Assembly (NCBI RefSeq): GCF_001194135.2
Contig: NC_068988.1
Location: 51,728,921-51,792,920, forward strand
Direction: 5' to 3'
Length of the DNA stretch: 64,000 nt
Source: Octopus bimaculoides
Taxonomy: Eukaryota
Below the pieces are notes generated by a model. That model made no database searches. It was not told where the DNA came from and was given only the letters and a program-made list of their open reading frames with translations. Position numbers and translations under genes: made by a program. Shown here one piece after another: positions 12,420 through 25,420 of the stretch; the first letter of the stretch is position 1; each line of letters begins with the position of its first letter.

Positions 12420-14480
12420 TGGAAAGCAAGGACTAGGCATATTAGTAAATGCAGAGCTTGCAGGAGAGATATAATATGAGAAACTAAAGGAAGAAAAACG
12501 TGTGAGTGCCTGAATGAAGGTGATATAAAATCAGTAAGCTGTGTGGAGAAGTCAATGTATTACAGCAAGGACACAGCACATCCATAAGCCAGAGGTTACA
12601 GTGTAGTTTCAAGTGCAACTTCATGCCAATCAGTCGTGTGGTCTTTTGTGTGGAGGGAGGATGAACTCAAGAACATAGTGTAGCAGCAGCACCATCCCAG
12701 ATGTGGGAATAGTATTCCCTTATGGATTTCATTACAGCTTTGTAAAGGAATCACTGGTTGTTGGGGAGCTGAAATATTATCAAATACTGAAGAGGAAGGC
12801 CAGTATTTGTGATGTAGTTTTTTTCCTATGTTGAGAGTGTGTGCAAATGCCAAGACAAATTTGTAGAAATGGTGAAGACTAGCTTTAGTAGTAACCTTGA
12901 GAGTTCTAATTATATGCCGTTTGTGTTTAAGGATGGGCTACAATACTGTAATGATTGTGTCCTTGAAGGGGACAAAATTGGCATATCATTAGAGAGTGTT
13001 TGAGGTCTCTATAAGAAGTTGTCAAAACTGAATGTAAATGATGCTTCTTGTAAATGTTAAGCAAAACTGTAAGGTGCTGTAATCAGCATATGAAATTTAG
13101 AGGTGATAGTAAGCTATCCATTGGTGGATAGAAGACAGAGTGGGGAGAAAAAGAAACATGAGGTACACCAAAGTTGATCAGAATGCAAATGAGAGAGAGA
13201 GAAACACATTTCACAAAATTTCTTTTGAGTGTGGGTTTGATGGTGAGTAAATAAGAGAGTAGGTCACCAAGAGTTCTAGTTTTATGAATGCTATACTGAT
13301 GGTCATTAAAGAAGGAAAGGAATATAAAGAATTGGAATGTGTGATTTTTAATGATGGTCCTCCTCACCTTTGGGATAGCTGGCAGGTAAGAGGGGCTATG
13401 TTACTTGATAAGGGGACACACTGTTGAATGCTTCTTAAGATTAGGATAGATACTTGTAGAGAGAGAGCAAGGACAGAAGCTAGCTCTGGGAAGCATTGTT
13501 TGAGGGCAATGGCACATTTTCAAACCCAAAATTTGGGGTTAGTTTGAAGTGATTGGAAGTACTTTTCCGCTTGGTAAGCATGTATCTGTGGTGATGGTGG
13601 GGCCTGGTATAGTGTATAGAGATAGCTTTTGATATCTACCAAGTATGCACAGTGGAGAGATGGATGCAAAGCAGCCAACAGAGGTAGGGCTTTTTCTAAG
13701 GACTACTTAAAAAAAAAAACCCATCATGGTTGAAAAGTACAGGGATGGCAATACCATTAAATTGGTAGACATTACTTTTGAAAGGAATCAGAAAGAATGG
13801 CTGCCGCTCAGAGGCAACAAATTTTAGAGCAGTGATGCAGAGCAGGTATCTTTTGTATTGGGAAGATAGTTATAAATAAGTTGTGGTAATAGGTAAATGC
13901 CATCTAGTTTGTAGGGCAGGTGATTTTCTCCAAGTGTTGCAGGCTGTACTCTGTTTGTACAAGTAAAGTTTTGAGCAAAATGAACCAAAAGTGTATAAGG
14001 ATCCATGTAGGAATAAACTAACTGTAAAGTGTTAATTGCAAAAGAATTGGTTACTGTACTAATGAAATCAGTATGAAGTGTGTGAGAGAGTTAGCAACAG
14101 ATGGCTGAAGTGAGATATGTAACATTAATATGAGGAGAGCAACAGTGGTTGAAGGTGTTCAGAAAATGGTTAATGCAGCAGATATATTCAGAAGAGTGGA
14201 GGAGTGAGACTGAACCAGAGTAACTGGAAGACTTTGTTACAGACATCAGAGTGAGAAGTCAGAGGCAGAGAGAGCAAAGTCTATATTTGTATAGAGAGTA
14301 GCCTGGACAGCAGAGATGGGTTCAAATAAGAAGAATGACATAATTAAGTCTTGGTGAAAAATAAGAAGTTTGGTTTATGTGTTAGAGGGTCTAAATTGAG
14401 TAAGAGTCCACAGATATCTTAGGGAAGAGGAAGAAGGACTGTGCTGTTTCAGTCAAGATATTTTAGGAGTGTAGCAGGTA
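12420..14480 (-). mobile_element. Degraded CR1/L2-group LINE (RT domain and 3' end)
   Basis: Remnants PISLTC..., DHQYSIHKTRTLGDLLSYL (cf. QYGFRK.RSTGDLL), EAFNSV (cf. KAFD.V), L*PLAYGCAVSLL (cf. LQPL.HRR.V.SL); many stops and frameshifts. Confidence 0.7.
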
Positions 14481-15211
14481 TTGGCCCCACCATGTGGTCA
14501 TGATACGATATCCTTGCTGAGAGTTTGGCTCAAGTGGCTGTAATAGAGACCTGATTAATGCACTCACAGGCCTAAAGCTGGTATTATCCAGGAAACAGAA
14601 TAGGAGCTTCTACACATTTAACCAACCTTGTGCCTCACAGGTAACAAAACTACACAAGAAAGGTAGTAAGGTTACAAGGTAGTAACAGGGTCAAAACAAG
14701 CTTGATCAATAAGAGAGTGGGAAGGTGTGTGCTGGGAAAGAAATCAGAGATTGAAGAAGTAAATAATAGAGACAGAAAGTGAAAACAAGGGCTCATATTT
14801 GGTGATATATACCAGCAAAAGATGTAGATATTATCTTTTACCTCCATTTCTGTCACACACACACACAAGCTTTGACAGATTCCATCTACCATATTACAAT
14901 GCAAGGTATTGGTCAAAATGAGGCGCTGGTAGAAGACACTTGCCTCATGTGAGGTGCAATGGGACTGAACAAGACAATTGCAAAGCAAACTTACACGAAC
15001 ACATTATGCTTGTGAAATTCATGACCAAAGGAGATGAAATGAAATAAAAAGTATACTGATAAGGTCAGAGAAACAAGCCATGTGAATAATTCTGAATTAA
15101 AGCAATATATTCACAGATAATGTCCCTCAAGCCTGAACCTAAAGTGTAATCTATACTTCTTCAGAGACTGAAATAACATCCACTTCAATGAGAAAACAGA
15201 GGATTACTCAC

Positions 15212-15301
15212 TACCTCTCAGTCAAATATATATCTAAGTATCAACTAGATCAGGTGTGGAGAGCCTGCTGGCTTCTAAAGGGCTGGGCTAAGTGCAGCCG
15301 T
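15212..15301 (-). other. Candidate 90-nt non-coding leader exon
   Basis: ggccttctttcag|A ... GTA|gtgagt, GC-enriched, no AUG. Confidence 0.3.
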
Positions 15302-15677
15302 CTGAAAGAAGGCCAACGTTTGAGAAAATCATTATACTGGTCAATGTTTGATTTGATTTGATTTGAAGCCTACACTTCCAACCAATTGCAAATTTTAGAA
15401 CACCTATTTATACATTTGTTTACACTAGTAGTTATTTGTTTAAAGTAAATACAATTGTATTTAAAATCTAGAAAACTTAAAGAATTTGATGGAAAAATGC
15501 CAGGGATGTTTGTGCTTATTTCAAAATTATTGTTTTTTCATATTTCATTAGAATTTTTATGCACAATGTTTTATAAAATAATAGGTTTAGCACCACAAAA
15601 ATTTTGAAATGTTAACTTGTCTGATGCAGCCTTCTAACATAAAAATGTTCTCTATCTCTGAACTTGGTAACAATTAA

Positions 15678-15892
15678 TGGTTTCAAATTTTAGCACAAGG
15701 CCTGCAATTTCAGGGGAAGAGGGAAGGTCAATTACATCAACCCCAGTGTTAATTAGTACTTATTTTATTGAACCTGAAAGGATGAAAGGCCAAGTCAACC
15801 TTGGTGGAATCTGAATTCAGAAAATAAAGACAGATGAAATGTCACAAAGCATTTTGCCTGGTGTGCTAACAATTCTGCCAGCTCACCACCTT
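15678..15892 (-). mobile_element. SINE family A copy (CpG-decayed)
   Basis: Reverse complement of the family with ...ggtcgataaaataagtaccag...ggggtcgatgtaatcgac...gccttgtgcc; many copies in the window. Confidence 0.8.
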
Positions 15893-18425
15893 TGAACTTG
15901 ATGAAAATTAGTGAAAGATATCAAGGAGAGAGGAAGGAAATTGCTAAAGTTTCATATGCAATTCTTTCCTCCTCTATTCCAGCACATGCAGAAAACAAAA
16001 ATCTATTGTCTAAATTTGCAATGCTTTACATATTGGCATAGGTTGGAGGGGTTGTTATGATCCAATTCCTTGTTTGAATTAACACTCTTCAAGTTCAGAT
16101 AGGAGATAACAGTTCTTTTGTCTCTTTTCAAATAAGGAAAACAAAACTTATCCACCAGGAAAAATTAAAAGACTTGTGGCAATTATTAATAACATGTAAG
16201 AAAATGGTATTTTGTTATGCAACCATAATATACTACAATGTATATTAAATGTTTTTTGTAAGTCAATAACGTGTTCTACATCAAGCATCTCAGATATGAA
16301 ATGTAACAAAATCAGTGCTGGCTTTAATTTCTATAGAAAACCTGAACAAATGTTGTAGCAATTATATATACAGAAATGTAGAATACCCAGTAATGAAAAA
16401 TAGAGGGACCAAGGGAAGAGTTCTAATAACCAGATGTTTAACATTGACAAGGTACCTTATTTTTGACTTGGCTGAAGAGCTTCTCACATTGATAATGGAT
16501 TCCTGATTCAGATAACTGAGTTATCACAAAAACTCATATATTATTCAACAGACAACTGTACAACAAACCTTGTGCAATATTAGCAATTACTATATATAAA
16601 TAAAATTGCAAAAAATTTCTAGCACTCAAGAAGATGCAGGTTTTAAGATTAATCAGCTCTAGTGTGCTTGGTATTAGCAGAATAAAATCATTTTTGTAGA
16701 AAGCTGATTTACAAGTCGAAATGAATAATGTATAAAAATTAAAATAACAAGGTAAATGTATGTGTAATTGTGTTTTAAGTATTAAAAAGAATGCTAAATA
16801 ACACAAAATTTGTTCTAGGCAGATCATTAATGTGATGAAAGATGGCAAGAATTTCATATTGTACATGAATTTTTAACAAGTCATGATTGAAAGACAAGAG
16901 GAATGACTGATGGCAGTACATTAAACAGTGTTTAGACTTTAACTCTTCAGCATTTAAACTGGCCATATCCAATGTAAATATTCTGCCTTGTTTTATGTAT
17001 AAACTGGCCCGATTCAGCCCCTTATGCATTCGCTACAATGTCATTCCGAAAATAAAAACACTCATATCATCACAATCTTGAAGTTACAAGACAATACTTG
17101 GTCAACTGAATACAATGTGAATAAATAAGCATTACATTTGACAGAGTAGTCAACCATATTATTCATATTTAGCCAAAGCCAGCTCATCTGTAGCATATTT
17201 CTGGTACTTGCTTTATTGACTCAAGAGTGATAACAGTCAAGGTCAGTTGCAGAGGAATAAGTAGTAGAATCAAACACAGAATGATGAGTACTACTAATCA
17301 GACACAAACAAAAATGTGTATTCTGATGAGTTAAGATTTGTCCATACAGTTTCTTTATGGCCAGATGCTTTTTCTTTTGCCAAACTTTATGTATTCCCAA
17401 GCAATCTAATATTTTCCCCTAGCTTGGACTGCAAACAAACATCACTGATTATATGATGGTGAAATTTGTTTCTTATTAGATTGCAATGTTAAGACAAGGA
17501 AACTCAGTCTCTGTCTTCGAAATTCACTATAATCATTAGTAAACAATTTAGTGGGTGTACTTAGGAATGGGATGCTACCAAGATTGTTCCAATCCTAAAG
17601 TAAAATTCTGGCGACATTCTTAACTTGAAAGAAAATTCACTATTAGATTAGGTAAGGTATCCGAGCAGCACTATCCCTAACCACATAGGCAAACATCTAT
17701 ACAATTACCTCAAACAACTAGCATTGAGGAATGAGTGCAAATTTGTAAAGAATACAAACTAATATTTATTTATCACGGAATATTACTAAATAGTATTTAT
17801 TGTTGCAGAAACTGTTGTGGTAGAATTAAACTCTTCTTTTGGGAATATAATAAGATATATTCAAGGATACAGACATATACTTATATATGTAAACACATTG
17901 CACATACACATACATAAATACATGCTTCACGACAAATAAGTGTGTATATTTACAAGACTGTAAAAGAAGTGTCTTTAAATGTATAAAAACATTGTCTGAA
18001 TGAAGGACTCAATACATGTGCCAAGTCTATATTGATTATAATTCAATTGATAGCAACTTCAAACAATTTTGTGGGTGTGTGTGTAGACATACACACATAA
18101 CTTTTATGCCTGCTCTCTCTGCTGGCAAGAGTAGGATGAATCATCACAATATGAGTCAGTTCTTATACAACATTACTGCTTTTCCACATTGATCATGCCT
18201 CATTCCAGTGTTCTGTTTCGGCATTATTTCTACACCTGGGTGTCCTACAATAACATCAACCAATTCAAAGTGTGCTGGATGCACTTTATCATGGCACTGT
18301 ACAGGAGATGTCAAGTCTTCGAACAAATTTAAGAATCTTCTCTACATTATCTCACTTTACAGAGTGTATTGAGTCCATCTTTTCATGGAACTAGTACTAT
18401 TATTATTATGTTGTTATTATTAATA

Positions 18426-18650
18426 AGACAGCAAACTGGCAGAATCATTAGCACACCGGGCAAAATGTTTAACAATATTTCATCTGTCTTTTTGTTCTGA
18501 GTTCAAATTCTGCCAAGGTCGACTCCACCTTTTATCCTTTCAGGGTCAATAAAACAAGTACCAGTGGAACACTGGGGTCAATGTAATTGACTTAACCCCT
18601 CCCGTAAAATTTCAAGCCTTGTGCTTTTAGTAGAAAGTATTATTATTATC
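18426..18650 (+). mobile_element. SINE family A copy with (TAT)n tail
   Basis: tRNA-like head (ctggcagaatcattagc...gagttcaaattc), conserved body, tattattat tail. Confidence 0.8.
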
Positions 18651-19079
18651 ATCAAGTGTGTTTTGTGCTCTGCAGTGTCTCCATTCATTCAAAGCAACAT
18701 GACCATGACCATGAGAGTGAATAGAGAGTGGGGAGCGAGGAGGGAAATAGTGGTTTAAAACAATGATAGAGGTGAGAGCATTGGAACAGATACAAAACTG
18801 CAGTGAGAGTATGATGGAGAAATAGAGAGAGAATTCAGTGGATGAGAAGTTAAGCTGGTTAGTGAAGGAGAGATTAGCGACAGAGATAAAAAGTGTACCA
18901 GAGAGCTTAAAAAGAGAAATAAGCTCAAATGTAGTGAGGAGAGGAGCAGCAGATGGCAGCTTAACAGAGATATACTAAACAATAGCTCAAATATAGACAT
19001 AAATATCATGTCACCATCACTACCACCATTCATAATGCTTACTATTCCATGCTTGCATAGATGGGTGAGGGCCCTCTCT

Positions 19080-19470
19080 AGCAATGCATGCTATCAACCA
19101 TTAGTCCTTTGTCATTTTTATGAGAACACTCTCCTAATATCAATCTTCAATGTCTCTCATGTCTTTCTAGGTCTCCCTTTTTCCACATGTTCCATCCACT
19201 TCAAGTCATCTTTCATATGTACCACATGCCCATATCAATGTGGTCTTCTCTCTTGCACACTATATCTAATTTCTTTTTAACCATTTTGCCCCAGTTGTAC
19301 TACGTGGTTCATGTAATCTAAAATTACAGAACAGAACATGCTCACTACATTTCTTTCTAGTCTTTGTAAATCATCTGCATTCAAGCCCCACATTTCACAA
19401 CTGTTCAGCATTCCTAGTTTACACACAAGCACAATACAATTTGCTTTTTAATCAGAGAAAAATCGCCTTT
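19080..19470 (-). mobile_element. RTE-clade LINE fragment
   Basis: Remnants MLNSCEMWGLNADDLQRLERN, VQERRPH*YGHV, GRPRKT* (cf. GSETW...RLER, RRLRWYGHV, GRPRKTW). Confidence 0.65.
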
Positions 19471-20131
19471 TGTTTTGTTTATGTGTATATGTCATTTTTA
19501 TTTTTACACCCATTTTTTTTCCATACAGGTTTGAGTTTGACACAAGTTATTGAGACGGTATTCTACAACCCTTTCAGTAACCAACATTCATTTTTCAAGG
19601 TATTGTTATTCCACTATTTTCACATATAATAAAACCAGCCACAACACAGGTAGGGTAGGGGTGAAGGTAGTTGAGAAATGCTTATTACATGACTTATGTT
19701 AAATATTTATTTTTACTATTCATTAGAGGTTATCTCAACATCTGCAAGTTTTGTCTGTGTAAAAGAAGTTAAGACAACAAACTGGCGGAGTTGTTAGAGC
19801 AATGAATAGCATACCCTGCAGTGTTTGTTCGGGTTATCTGCACTCTTCGAGTTCAAATTCATTCAAGGTTAGCTGTGCTTTCTATGCTTTTTTGGGTTGA
19901 TAAAATAAAGAATCTCAATCTAAAGCAGTGTCTAGCAGATTGCATTGGTCTTTGCTTGTCTCATGGGAAACATTAGTCACAGAGATGGAAGGCTTCAATG
20001 AATGGGTCTACCACTAGAAGCATTATCTAGGAGACCTAGACTGAGAAAAACTTTCCAAGTACAATCTATAGTCTCACGAGATACAGCCTCTGTGCATATA
20101 TGTGTGTGCGTGTGTGAGGAGAGAGAGAGAG

Positions 20132-20162
<31 letters not shown>

Positions 20163-21088
20163 GAGAGAGAGAGAGATAATTCACAAAAAAAAAAACGAAA
20201 AAAAAAAATGGTGAAGACAGGTGGTGTAGACAACAGATGTATTAGTTTAACGATCAGGAAGTGAAGTCTTTAATGTTTCGAGTGTACACTCTTCCACAGA
20301 AAGAAACAGGGTGAGAAAAAAAAGAATGTATAGTGGCTAGCGATCTATCATGGCGAATGCCAGACAGAGGGGTAAAAAGCAGAAAGTACAAAAAAGTTAA
20401 GAAAAGTTCAAAAGCTTCAAATGTCGTGGTGTATTGGAGTGATACAACGGATGTTAAAAGATGGTGAGATATATACATATAAAAATTTGTTGACTGTGAC
20501 CAAGTTCCACCCGAGGGTTTGTTCAACTGTGTGAGTGTGTAAGTGTGCATCTATCTGTGTAGGACTGTCTATCTTTATTTATTGCTATGTATATCATTTT
20601 ATGTGTGCAGCATGTATATGTGTACAGATGTATCTGTGTATATACATAAATACTTACATGACTTTACAGTAGACTGAGGCTCAATTAAAAAGATCAGAGT
20701 TCAACACATTACATAGAGTATATATATTGAGTTATAAGTTGAAGATCTCAATTGAAATTTTAGCCGGTATACTTAGACCAAATCATTGCCTTTTATTTGC
20801 ATATATAAAAACACAGATAGACATACATAAATTGTTTGGTGTGGAGGTAGAGGTATACATGCACACATACACTAAATCTATATGCTTTAGTTAAGTGAGA
20901 GATTCAATGATCTCATTCATTTTGCAATAATCTCATTAAGATCCATTTACAAATGTGAAAACATGGTTTTGGTACAAGTAGGAAGAAAACAGGGTAGAAA
21001 AATTATAAATGATGAAACTAAAAGTTTGAAAACCCTTCATTTACTAATAAAACATCTCAAACAACAAATGTGTAATATAACATCTCAC

Positions 21089-21223
21089 CTGGCCAATAGG
21101 AACACCTGCACTCAGCCGATGCTAGCTGGGATCCCACGGTGGCTCTGCGTTGAAGTTGAATTTCCGCTTGAAATGGCAGAAGCCTTCGGGATTTTCTATG
21201 TAATAAAGACCAGAACAGCCGCC
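21089..21223 (-). other. ODC1: ODC 5' leader exon 2 (carries uCC stop)
   Basis: Strong acceptor and GTGAGA donor; no AUG in the 66 nt between the uCC stop and the main AUG after splicing to 11014. Confidence 0.88.
21122..21223 (-). CDS. uCC (upstream conserved coding region) 3' part: GGCSGLYYIENPEGFCHFKRKFNFNAEPPWDPS*
   Basis: Leader exon 21089..21223 (tgtttttttcag|GGC ... CAG|gtgaga). The C-terminus FNFNAEPPWDPS* matches the AZIN1/ODC uCC end FDFNAEPPWEPS* (recalled). Confidence 0.92.
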   Translation of the reverse strand, partial: GGCSGLYYIENPEGFCHFKRKFNFNAEPPWDPS

Positions 21224-24200
21224 CTGAAAAAAACACAAGAAAATACATTAAAATGGGAACTGGCCCAAAGAATTATTCCACATGCCCTGAATTAACCCTT
21301 TTGATACCGACCCACCAGAAATCATGTCTGTTTCTAAAATACAAAACTTGCAGTTTTAAAAATGTTTATATGAAATTAAAACCTGCTGTAGTTTAAATTA
21401 ATTAATTGTTATAAATTAATTTCCATAGTTGCTTTCATATCATTTCCAAAAGTAATTGAAGTATATAGACAGTGAATTTTATTAGAAATACAGTCATGAA
21501 TTGCTTAAGGTCAAAATCAGAATCATTTCTAATCTGTCAGCATATCGAAGTTGACCATTCTTGGGTATATATATATATACAAAAAAAAAAAAAAAAATGC
21601 TTGTAATCAAGACGTAGGTAAATAAAAATACTAAAAATATAAATATACATGAAAAAGCTTCCATCAGTTTAAACTAATGTCAAAATATCAACCATTTTAG
21701 TTGCTGTGATCAAAATTTTATTTTCTATATAAACATGTTATGACAGAATTTAGGTAAACAGACAGAGCAATATTCTAAACAGTAAGCAGTCAGAAAGACA
21801 TGGAAAAACTGATATAATGTTAAAAGGTAGAGAGGACAGTGAAGTTATTTTACTAGTTGAGTCAATGTTAAACACTGCATAGCTTTTAAAGCAGCTATAA
21901 ACTATGCAAGCAACTCTAATTAGACAAGTATTATTCAGTTATGTAGATATACTTATCTTGATGTTTAACAATCATAAATGATACATTAGAGTAAACAGAA
22001 AAGCAAAAGGAACCCACATTTTAAATATATTTACATTTTAGCTTATAGAATCACATTACCATCATCAATTAATAAGCCGGTTGGTTGCGCTGTTTACTTT
22101 CAATGAGGTAAAGTATAAAGCAGTTAACAGATACCAGCCATCAATAAGTTTTGGTGTCCGTAGCAGTATATGGTAAAATGTTTTATTGAATTATACTGCC
22201 ATGCTAGGTTTTAAAAAAATTAACTAGTTTGTAAACACAGTAGACAAAGGATCTGTAGTGTCTCAGAAAATATATAAACGTTGCATTTGTTTTGAGCCTA
22301 AAACACTATATATCAAATTTGTTTGTAAGATGACACTAGTTATATTAAGGCATCCACAAGAAATATCATGAAGATAAACTGACAAAATAATCTCATGAAC
22401 TCGAAAAAATGTGTATACCTATAAGATTAGCAGCCAAGGCTTTTGATCACACATAGGTTTGCTCAATCTAAACAACACATACATTCATTATGTTAATTAA
22501 ACTCAAAATTCTCAGCTCAAGGAGCAAATAGGAAGGACAGCCAAATCAGCCTTTTTGCTTGAACATCAAGATTAAGTAACGATTCGCATGCCACTGAAGA
22601 TATAACTAATGGAATGGTCATTTTTGTAAAATATTTTGAATTAATAATATAATCAACTTCTCATCCTATATATTATTTTTTCCCATTTAGTCATGGAGGG
22701 ATGAGCAGTGCTCTTGACTGTTAATTGTTCAAGGACTCCCAAGATTGGTAGAAAGAAAGGAGGAAGTTATCTTCAGACTGGAGACATGGCTTGAATCACT
22801 GCAACTGAATGGCCTCTGCCAATAATAGTACTACAGAGCAATGGATTGAACAACCACACAGGTGGGTGAAATAGTAAAACTGTCTTCAGAAATACATTAG
22901 ATATTTTTGAAAATACAAATCTATTTTTCACATAATACAATGTATGAACATTTATAGGACAAAAACTCATTAATTAATTAATAGCTTAATGAGCTGTGAA
23001 AAAAAAATGAGTAAAAGTTCAACCATGCAATCTTTCTGAAATATTGAAAGTTAGGTTAGATGAGAGTCCCTTGTACCAACTTTAATGCATTTAGTTTTCT
23101 GCCTAAACAAGTTGTGGGCAGTAACATCATCATTTGACATCTGTATTCCATGCTGGCATGGGTTGGACACTTTGACAGGAGTTGGCAAGCCAGTGGACAG
23201 TGCAAAGCTCTATTGTCTATTTTGGCATGGTTTCTATGGCTGGATGCCATTCCTAAGGCTTAACCTTAGTGTACTGGGTGCTTTTTACATGGCACCAGTA
23301 CCACTGTGGTCACAAAGTAACTTGCAAGACAAAGACCCTCATGACAGGGAGTGGGAGTAGTATTGGGGGAGGTGGCTTTGTGCCAGTTGATAAGAGGTTT
23401 AAGTATAAAAGAGCAATAGAGATAGGTGTCTTGCTATAGATGAAACACATGGCTACCCCAGTTGGAAATGAAAGAAGAGAAAGGAAGCTGGCAGTGAAGA
23501 GTGTTGGACGTACTTTCAAGGTACAGTGGAGATGAAGATAAGTGAAGTGGTAGAAGGGATTGGACAAGGTGAGTGGGCAGGAGGATGCTTCAATAGAGTG
23601 TGAAGAAAGATGGCTAGAGATGAAGCAGAAGTGAGATGTATAGGAGTGGCTCAGAAAGGGCATTGACAGTGATAAAGAGGTATAAGGTGTAGCAGAAGGG
23701 GGAGAGAGAACAATGAATGAAGGCACTGAAAGGGGATGATGTATGCATGTGTGTATAATAGTGGAATAGGTTGGATGGTTTGACAGGATCTGATGAACCA
23801 CAGGGTTGCATAGAACTCTACCGTTAACTTTAGCATGCATGTGTGTGTGTATATATATGTACACACACATACACGTTTATATATATATATATATATAACT
23901 ACAAGTGTAAACTATAAAACCACTAGATTTATTACTGAAAAACTACCAAGTAGAATGAAGTAAGCAAGTCTAATATCATTAAAATGTATTGCTAATATTT
24001 TACTTGGTGTGACTAGCTATTAGTTACCATAGCAACTTAGACCAATAGTGCTTCTTTGTTGAAATTGGAAACTAGAGAGAATTAGGAGAAAAGCAGGATT
24101 CCCAGTTTCTACTTAGAACAGACAAACACTTTATAAAGTGAATAGAAAGAAGAGATTGCACATATCAAAAATGATCAGAGAGAATTCTCTAAGACAATGA

Positions 24201-24999
24201 GGGAAAATATAAGTACTGGAGTTGATTCATTAAATTAAAACTCTTCAAAGTATTGCTCTACCATGGCTGCAGTCTAACGGGTAAAAAATGTGAGATAAAT
24301 TGTGTTTTGGCCTTGATTGTTTTTGTTTGTGTGTAATAATGAATTTAGGACCACATCATTCAATATACAGTTTTGTTTTTGAGATGGCAGGATATAATTA
24401 AGATTTGACTGCTCTTTCTAGCAGATCAAGCAAACACATAAGCCCCTGCTTTGGTTAGTTTTGGCTACAAGCTATGTAAAATTTTAATAGAATGGAACCA
24501 CCTAGTAGATTTTGAATTACATTTCAGTTGCACATGGTTACCTCTTAACTATTAAGTCTGACTTAATAAAATAAATGACTGAGGTTATAATTAGAGATAC
24601 CAACTGAAAGAAAAAAGAATTTCATTGTGAAAAATCTAATCAGAAATACTATGCTGTGAGTGAGGGGGGGGGGAGACTTCACTGTTGTTGATATTAATCC
24701 ATCTAAGAATTTAGAACAAGTATTATTAATGAGTCAGTTATAGACACCATTTTACAGAAATAAAGAAAATTCATCCAAAATAATTCTATTTGATGTTTAG
24801 AAAAACAATATTCATTTCTTACAATGTATATAAAAACAAAATGGTTGATTGAGAGAAATAAAAGCTACATAACTCACAATAGGAATCTATTGTAAGCTAT
24901 GTATCTTTAATTAACAATCCACTACCACCATGGTGAACACCATAGGGAAAGAGGTAAGCTTCCAGCAAACTGAAACCATAGATAATTCACTTCACTTAC

Positions 25000-25181
25000 A
25001 CTACTAAGCTTTTTGGAGAGGACTTTTGTGCCTAGTCAAAAAGTAAAGCGATATTTCATCACGTCTTGCGTTAGCTGCTGCAGAAGTTCCATCTTTTCCT
25101 TCGTCTTTAAGCCCCAACTACCACCTGGTGCCTGGTGATGAATAGAGAGCTTTGGCCGTGCGTAAATGGCAAGTACAGAAG
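25000..25181 (-). other. Candidate alternative (cassette) leader exon of ODC, 182 nt
   Basis: ttttccatactctctgcag|C acceptor, AGT|gtaagt donor, more GC-rich than the flanking intron; no transcript evidence available. Confidence 0.5.
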
Positions 25182-25364
25182 CTGCAGAGAGTATGGAAAA
25201 TACAAACAGGTAGAGATGTGGAAGTTACCAAATCTATCAACTTTCAAGCAAAAGCAAAATTACAAGTATATATTTCATTTTCCCTACATCTCACAAACGA
25301 ATCCCAACAAGCTTGCCTGCTAAAGTGATTCATAAGCCATGCTGTATGTATGTATATGTGTGTT

Positions 25365-25420
<56 letters not shown>

